A stretch of DNA of 64,000 nucleotides from assembly GCA_964016885.1 (NCBI GenBank), contig OZ024740.1:106082001-106146000 (forward strand), given 5' to 3'. Position 1 is the first letter of the stretch, and every line of letters begins with the position of its first letter. Positions 57,855 to 64,000 of the stretch are shown in pieces. Under the pieces are notes generated by a model that was not told where the DNA came from, did no database searches, and was given only the letters and a program-made list of their open reading frames with translations. The DNA is from Eledone cirrhosa (Eukaryota). Made by a program: the position numbers and the translations under genes.

Positions 57855-60800
57855 TTATTTAAATTAGATGAACAAAAATTGGCCGGGCAGGCTCGGGTAA
57901 TAAGAACTAATGGGTGGATAAGCGAGCTGGAACTGGAGGAACTAAGCTGAGAGAATGGCTTGGAGATGGCGGGTGTAGTATGCCAGACAAGCGAGCCGGC
58001 GGGAAATGAAGGTGAGGAGGTCCTGAGAACGGAGGAACCACCCGAAGCAGACAATGATCTGAATACTGAGATAAATAATACCTGGAACAGAGATACGGCC
58101 ACTGAGGAGATGAATGCTGACGGGCTAGGACAAGATTCGGTTGACATCCTAAATTTAGTGGTAGATGAGTTGAACAATGATAGTGGGAGACCTATGAACC
58201 TAAGATTTGTAGACAGGAAGAAGTTAAAAGAAACAACAGCTAAGGTAAACAAAGTCATCCCATACCTTGAGGCGAGGAGTCTTCACAAGTGCAACAATAT
58301 CCTCAAAGCAACAGCAAATACGGTGAGGAAACTACTTGGTATAAAAGCGAGAGGAAACAACAGACAAGAAAGAGCAGAGTCGTGGTGGAAGAAGCGACTG
58401 AGTGGGCAAATCGGGGAAATGAGAAATGACATAGGAAAGCTTGAGTCACTACTGAATGGGACACTAAAAAACATAGGCACTAAAAATAGACTGGAAATAA
58501 AATACAAAACTAGGAGTAAAAAGCTAAATATTATCATAGAGGAATTGAAGCAACGCATTGTAGCAAAGAGTGCCAAAATCAGGCGATACGAGAACAGAGT
58601 CAGTCAGTATAAACAGAACCGCATGTTCGACAACAACCAGAAGATGCTGTTTGGACAGCTTGAGGGGAAAGAAAGAGGCAACGACTTGATCCCTGGGGCG
58701 GAACAAGCTAAAACATTCTGGAGAGGAATATGGGAGCAGGATGTTAGACACAATGCCCAGGCAGGGTGGATTGAGACAGTACAGAGGGAGATCGGTGAGC
58801 AGGCACAACAACAGACTGATTTGAGTATCACAGTTGAAACTGTTAAGGGGCAAGCCAAAAAACTAACCAACTGGAAATCACCAGGCCCAGATGGTGTGCA
58901 GGGGTATTGGATTAAACATTTAACATCCCTCCATCCGAAGCTGACGGCCATGTTCAATGACTGCTTGGTGTCGGGTGAGGTGCCAGAGTGGTTGACAAAA
59001 GGTACCACAGTTCTGATAATGAAAGACCGAATCAAGGGTAATGATGTTACCAACTATAGACCTATCACATGTCTGCCCGTAATGTGGAAACTGTTGACGA
59101 GCATTGTGTCTGAGGAAATCTACCATCACCTCCACACAAACAACTTGTTACCGGACGAACAGAAAGGATGCCGAAAGAAGTCACGTGGTACAAAGGACCA
59201 GTTGCTTATTGATAAGATGGTAATGGGGAATTGCAGGAGGAGACACACTGATCTTGCCATGGGATGGATAGACTACAGAAAGGCATTTGACATGGTGCCT
59301 CATTCCTGGATCACCAAAAGCCTGGAGATCTTCAGGGTGGCAGATAACATCAGACAGTTGCTGGGCAGGAGTATGGGGTCCTGGGAGACAGAGTTGACAT
59401 CAACTGGAGTATCCTTGGGAAGCGTGAAGATCAAGAGAGGTATCTTCCAGGGAGATAGCCTGTCCCCTCTGTTGTTTGTCCTTGCCCTGATGCCCTTGAC
59501 CATTATGCTGCGAAAAGTGAGAGCAGGATACAAGTTGGGAAGGGGAGAGCTTACCATCAATCACCTCCTCTTCATGGACGATCTTAAGCTCTTCAGGAAA
59601 AGTGAGAAGGAGTTGGATGTGCTTGTTGACACTGTCCGTATTTTCAGCAGTGATATATGTATGCAGTTTGGTATTGGTAAATGTGGAGTCATTGTGATGA
59701 AGAGGGGTAGGTTGAGCAGAAGTAACGGGATCCAGATACCAACAGGTGAGATGATAAAGGAAATTGACTCTGAGGAAGGATACAAGTATTTGGGCGTTCT
59801 GGAGGCTGATGGCATAAAGAACAAAAAAATGAAGGAATTGTTAAGAACTGAATACATTCGGAGAGTAAGGAGCGTATTGAAGTCACATCTGAACAGCAGA
59901 AATGCCATAAGCGCAGTAAATTCCCGAGCTGTGTCTATTATTAGGTACAGTGCGGGAATTCTGAGATGGAATGTTGCTGAACAAAAAGAAATGGATAGAA
60001 AGACTAGGAAGCTATTGACTATCTACAACATGTTCCACAAGAGGAGTGATGTCGATAGACTCTACCTAAGGAGATCTGAGGGTGGAAGAGGTCTTATCAG
60101 CATAGAGGACTGTGTTCAGATGGAGAAAAACAACCTATACAAATACGTGACCTATAGTAAGGAGCCAATGCTCAGAGCTGTACTGAAGGAGGGGACAGTA
60201 GGCCAGGGGATATCCAAGGAGGAAATAACATCAAGGAGGAAGAGCAGCCTTAAGGGAAAATCCCTTCATAGTACCTTCTTTGAGAAAACTGAATTTAGAG
60301 ATCCACAGACATGGAACTGGTTGAGAAGAGGAGACCTCAAAAAGGCTACAGAAGGAATGCTAATGGCTGCGCAGGAGCAGGCCCTCAAAACGAAGTGGTT
60401 GAAGCACCATATCTACAAGGAGGAGGCTAGCCCACTGTGCAGGATCTGTGGAGAGAGAGAGGAGACTGTGGCTCACATTGTGTCCGAGTGTAAACACCTA
60501 GCCCAGACCCACTATAAGGGCTGGAGACACGATGTGATGGGCAGGGTGATCCACTGGCACCTGTGCAAAGTAAACAATTTACCACATTCTGAGAAATGGT
60601 ATGAGCATAGGCCAGAGGCGGTGATGGAGAACAATCAGGTGAAGGTGCTGTGGGATTTTAGGATACAGACGGCCAAAATACTGGAACACAATAGACCTGA
60701 CCTGGTGGTTGTGGACAAAGAAAAAAGATCGTGCCTGATTGTGGATGTGGCCTGCCCGTTCGACACGAGAGTGCAAGAGAAGGAGAGGGAGAAAATTAAC

Positions 60801-61084
60801 CGATACCAGGACCTAAAGTGGGAGGTGAAAAGGATTTGGAACTGCCATGAAGTCAAAGTGATCCCGATTGTCATAGGCGCACTGGGGACTATCTCCAAAA
60901 GTTTCCAGGGATGGTTAAAGAAAATCGGCCCCTTCACGCTTTTTGGAACGCTTCAAAAGGCATGCTTGCTTGGAACAGCAAGAACCCTCCGATACGTCCT
61001 GAATATCTGAGGCTGCAGGTACTGGCTTGATATTCAATCCAACGGACTTTCCAGTTAACCAACATCAATGACTGAGATTCAAGG
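57855..61084 (+). mobile_element. R4-clade (Dong-like) non-LTR retrotransposon, 5'-truncated, inserted in (TAA)n
   Basis: (AAT)n at 57796-57851 and 61085-61180; short 3' UTR at 61011-61084. Confidence 0.92.
57960..61010 (+). CDS. Reverse transcriptase - CCHC zinc knuckle - restriction-like endonuclease polyprotein (1016 aa open)
   Basis: NWKSPGPDG, YRPITCL, EQKGC, WIDYRKAFDMVPH, GIFQGDSLSP, LFMDD, YKYLG, GGRGL, CRICG..TVAHIVSEC, RHD, RPDLVV..IVDVACP..EKINRY. Confidence 0.96.
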   Translation: MEMAGVVCQTSEPAGNEGEEVLRTEEPPEADNDLNTEINNTWNRDTATEEMNADGLGQDSVDILNLVVDELNNDSGRPMNLRFVDRKKLKETTAKVNKVIPYLEARSLHKCNNILKATANTVRKLLGIKARGNNRQERAESWWKKRLSGQIGEMRNDIGKLESLLNGTLKNIGTKNRLEIKYKTRSKKLNIIIEELKQRIVAKSAKIRRYENRVSQYKQNRMFDNNQKMLFGQLEGKERGNDLIPGAEQAKTFWRGIWEQDVRHNAQAGWIETVQREIGEQAQQQTDLSITVETVKGQAKKLTNWKSPGPDGVQGYWIKHLTSLHPKLTAMFNDCLVSGEVPEWLTKGTTVLIMKDRIKGNDVTNYRPITCLPVMWKLLTSIVSEEIYHHLHTNNLLPDEQKGCRKKSRGTKDQLLIDKMVMGNCRRRHTDLAMGWIDYRKAFDMVPHSWITKSLEIFRVADNIRQLLGRSMGSWETELTSTGVSLGSVKIKRGIFQGDSLSPLLFVLALMPLTIMLRKVRAGYKLGRGELTINHLLFMDDLKLFRKSEKELDVLVDTVRIFSSDICMQFGIGKCGVIVMKRGRLSRSNGIQIPTGEMIKEIDSEEGYKYLGVLEADGIKNKKMKELLRTEYIRRVRSVLKSHLNSRNAISAVNSRAVSIIRYSAGILRWNVAEQKEMDRKTRKLLTIYNMFHKRSDVDRLYLRRSEGGRGLISIEDCVQMEKNNLYKYVTYSKEPMLRAVLKEGTVGQGISKEEITSRRKSSLKGKSLHSTFFEKTEFRDPQTWNWLRRGDLKKATEGMLMAAQEQALKTKWLKHHIYKEEASPLCRICGEREETVAHIVSECKHLAQTHYKGWRHDVMGRVIHWHLCKVNNLPHSEKWYEHRPEAVMENNQVKVLWDFRIQTAKILEHNRPDLVVVDKEKRSCLIVDVACPFDTRVQEKEREKINRYQDLKWEVKRIWNCHEVKVIPIVIGALGTISKSFQGWLKKIGPFTLFGTLQKACLLGTARTLRYVLNI

Positions 61085-61096
61085 AATAACAATAAC

Positions 61097-61180
<84 letters not shown>

Positions 61181-61602
61181 CACTGCGTGGTAAATGTAAA
61201 TAGTTCTCGGAAACAAGAATGACAAAATAATAAAAGAAAGGATTGTAAGAGATTAACTGAAGAATATAACTTTTCAATACACAGCTTTGTTCTATGAACA
61301 CTTTTAATTCCTGATCCAAACCAGAATAGAATCCAAATACTTTTCTTTAAGACTCACTCATACATTGTGTATTATATTAATTCATTTTCATTTCACTTTC
61401 CTAGTGCAGATAACTTTAGCTTTGTTTCAAAATATATTTGGCATTTCTATTTCTTCATTTCTTTTCTGTTCCTGTTGTTCTCTCGTGTATTTCAAAATTT
61501 CAATTTTTCAACAAATTGAATAACAAATTGGATATATATGAAGGCGCGCGTGTGCTCACAAAAGCATACATACACCATCATCCACACATACACATACGTA
61601 CA

Positions 61603-61638
<36 letters not shown>

Positions 61639-61946
61639 TAAAGTTAGTCCTTCATCAGTGATCTTCCAACCATCATTGGTATTTTATCGCTTTAAAGACC
61701 ATATACCTCCGGTTGGTGCGAGCAACGGCTGAAAAAAAGTCGTTGGGACACGTAAATAAAGGGGACACGAGAGTGTAAACAAACAAAGATGGTGAAGCAA
61801 CGAAAAGTGAGGAAGGAGTCAAGTCCCAAATTTCCATGAATATAAGTTCGGTGAAATCGTGAACGAGAGAGAATAAAGACCATCAAACCTGGTTGGAATG
61901 TGAGCAAGGAAGGAATTCCGTACAGGTCTAACGGGAGGAAGAAGGA

Positions 61947-61984
<38 letters not shown>

Positions 61985-61988
61985 GTGC

Positions 61989-62041
<53 letters not shown>

Positions 62042-62642
62042 CATATGTATATTCACAAATATGCATACACCTACATACATATATATGCATGAAAGTATAT
62101 GTATACTTACCTTATATACATACACAGACACACACAAATATATATACATACATAGATATATGTATGTATATGAGTGTGTGTGTATGTATATATTCATGTA
62201 TGTATAACGTTTTTACGGGTGAATGACCGGGAAGACCATAAATCAAGGTAATACACAATGCATTATAAGTTGCAGAGTAGGATTTTATACAATATATAGT
62301 CCCAATGGAAGGCTCCCTCCATTTTAAATTATTACACTCTCTCGCTCCATCTCGCTGTCTCTCTCTCACTCTCTCTCTCACGTTCTCTCTCTCTTTCTCT
62401 CTCTTTCTCTCTCTCTCCCTCTCTCTCTCTATTTATCTCTCTCTCAATATATTTATATATAAATATATATCCGTATGTGGTTGACGGCTGAGTAAAAGGA
62501 GTACTCAATACCGAAGGATTGACATGGTGGTGGTGGTGGCAGTGAAAACAGAAGGTAATAAAGTTTGGTAGCCATAGAATTTTAACTGGTTAACGGGTAT
62601 GGCCATGGAATATGTATGTATGTGTGTGAATGCGTGTGTGTG

Positions 62643-62676
<34 letters not shown>

Positions 62677-62821
62677 TGTGTCTGTGTCTGTGTGTGGGGG
62701 GGGGTGCGTGTGTGCGTGTGTGCGTGTGTGTGTGTGTGTGTGTAGGAGCCTAAGCTAAACTCCACGTGGACAAAAACAATTCCACAGATTTTTCAGGCTG
62801 GATAACAATCAAGGTGGCTTC

Positions 62822-63158
62822 CACTTGCTTGATGCTCTTACCACCATCAACAACAACACTCCCACCATCATCATCACCACTACCACCATCATCACCACTA
62901 CCACCATCATCACCACCGCCATCACCACAACTACCCCACCTTCACCACCACTACCACCAACACCAACTCCACCATTACCATTACCATCACAACTACCACC
63001 ATCATCACCATACCACTACCAACAACAACACCATCCCCCACCACCACTACCATCACCAACACCACCAACACCAATACCAACACCACTCACCACCATCATC
63101 ACCACTACCACCAACACGCCACCAACAACACCAATACCACCCCCACTTCTCCCCACCC
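62822..63158. repeat. Degenerate (CCA/CAC)n trinucleotide tract
   Basis: Direct reading; explains the Pro/His/Thr-rich ORFs. Confidence 0.9.
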
Positions 63159-63159
63159 A

Positions 63160-63840
63160 GTTGAGAAATACCACTGAATGCCGAAGCTGGAGCATTACTG
63201 TAACGGCTCCTACTATTCTTGCACTTAATTCAGCCTCCTGCCTTCCATCACTCGTGAACACGGCCCCGAGAGACTTGAACTTCTCTAACTGCTTCAGTGA
63301 AACTTCATTCACATGTAGAGTGCACTGTGCAGGCTTCCTTGAGAGGACGAGTGTCTCAGTTTTCGCAGCACTGATTTTCATTCCAGCTATGTAGCACTTG
63401 GCATCAAACCTATCGGGTGCAAGTCGGAGATCACCTTCTGTCACGTTAAGTAACCTATGTCGTCTGAAAATTCCAGCCGACTGATTTTACATCCACCAGT
63501 CATGATACCACTTCCAACCCGGCTGCATATGTCAATTCTGTTTATGTAAATAATGAACAGAAGAGGTAACAGTACGCAGCCGACCAAATATTCACCCTGC
63601 GGCAGGTCTTCGAGAAATCGTGGGAATATTGCCAAGAGGTATACTCTTGTTTTGTAGACATTGAAAACGCATATAACCGCGTTCCTAGGTACCTAGTGTG
63701 GAAGGTTCTGCAGTACTATGGGATCGATGGTCGGCTTTTGCTACACTGATGTCCCTATACGAATGCTCGAGCATTTGCTTTCGGATAAATCGTGCTAAAT
63801 CGAAACCATTCAATGTGGGTATCGGACTCCATCAAGGGAT
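63160..63840 (-). pseudogene. RTE-group LINE RT remnant with an inverted 5' segment
   Basis: Minus strand: PLLFIIY..RLEFSDD..GMKISAAKTE..FKSLG.VFTSDGR. Plus strand 63640-63840: CFVDIENAYNRVPR..WKVLQYYGIDG..GLHQG. Confidence 0.8.
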
Positions 63841-64000
63841 ATGCATATATGTTTACAATAAATTCATAGACCTCTAAATGCATATATCTACACGCACACA
63901 TATGTACACCCATTTGACTCACTAATGTTCTAATTTAAAGCACAAATGTACTATTTTTTTTTTCATTTCATAAAAATAGATATGTTCTAATTCAGAACAC

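Noticed and set aside
57704-60937. Minus-strand ORFs overlapping the Dong ORF
   Set aside because: They are antisense shadows of a real coding frame.
62766-63394. Pro/His/Thr-rich extensin- or mucin-like ORFs
   Set aside because: Degenerate CCA repeat fused to antisense LINE sequence.

Overview
AT-rich, microsatellite-saturated eukaryotic DNA. The repeat content suggests a cephalopod (octopus-like) genome, which is an inference. Almost all listed ORFs are translations of (TA)n/(CA)n/(TAA)n tracts. The real content is a nest of mobile elements: (i) a 5'-truncated but otherwise open R4/Dong-type non-LTR retrotransposon (RT, CCHC, restriction-like endonuclease) inside a (TAA)n tract; (ii) several Penelope-like retroelement (PLE) remnants, including one near-full-length degenerate Naiad-type copy between direct repeats; (iii) about 20 type-I hammerhead ribozyme motifs read directly from the sequence, many in short non-coding, often inverted modules embedded in (TA)n, including a U3:A8 core variant; (iv) about 10 copies of a tRNA-derived SINE; (v) RTE and CR1-like LINE remnants; (vi) a 470-bp tandem and dispersed repeat with a recombinase-site-like TTAA junction, a 515-bp tandem repeat, a 27-bp minisatellite with Helitron-like ends and a mini-MITE. 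The only host-gene signal is a possible last intron and exon near 2.8-3.1 kb.
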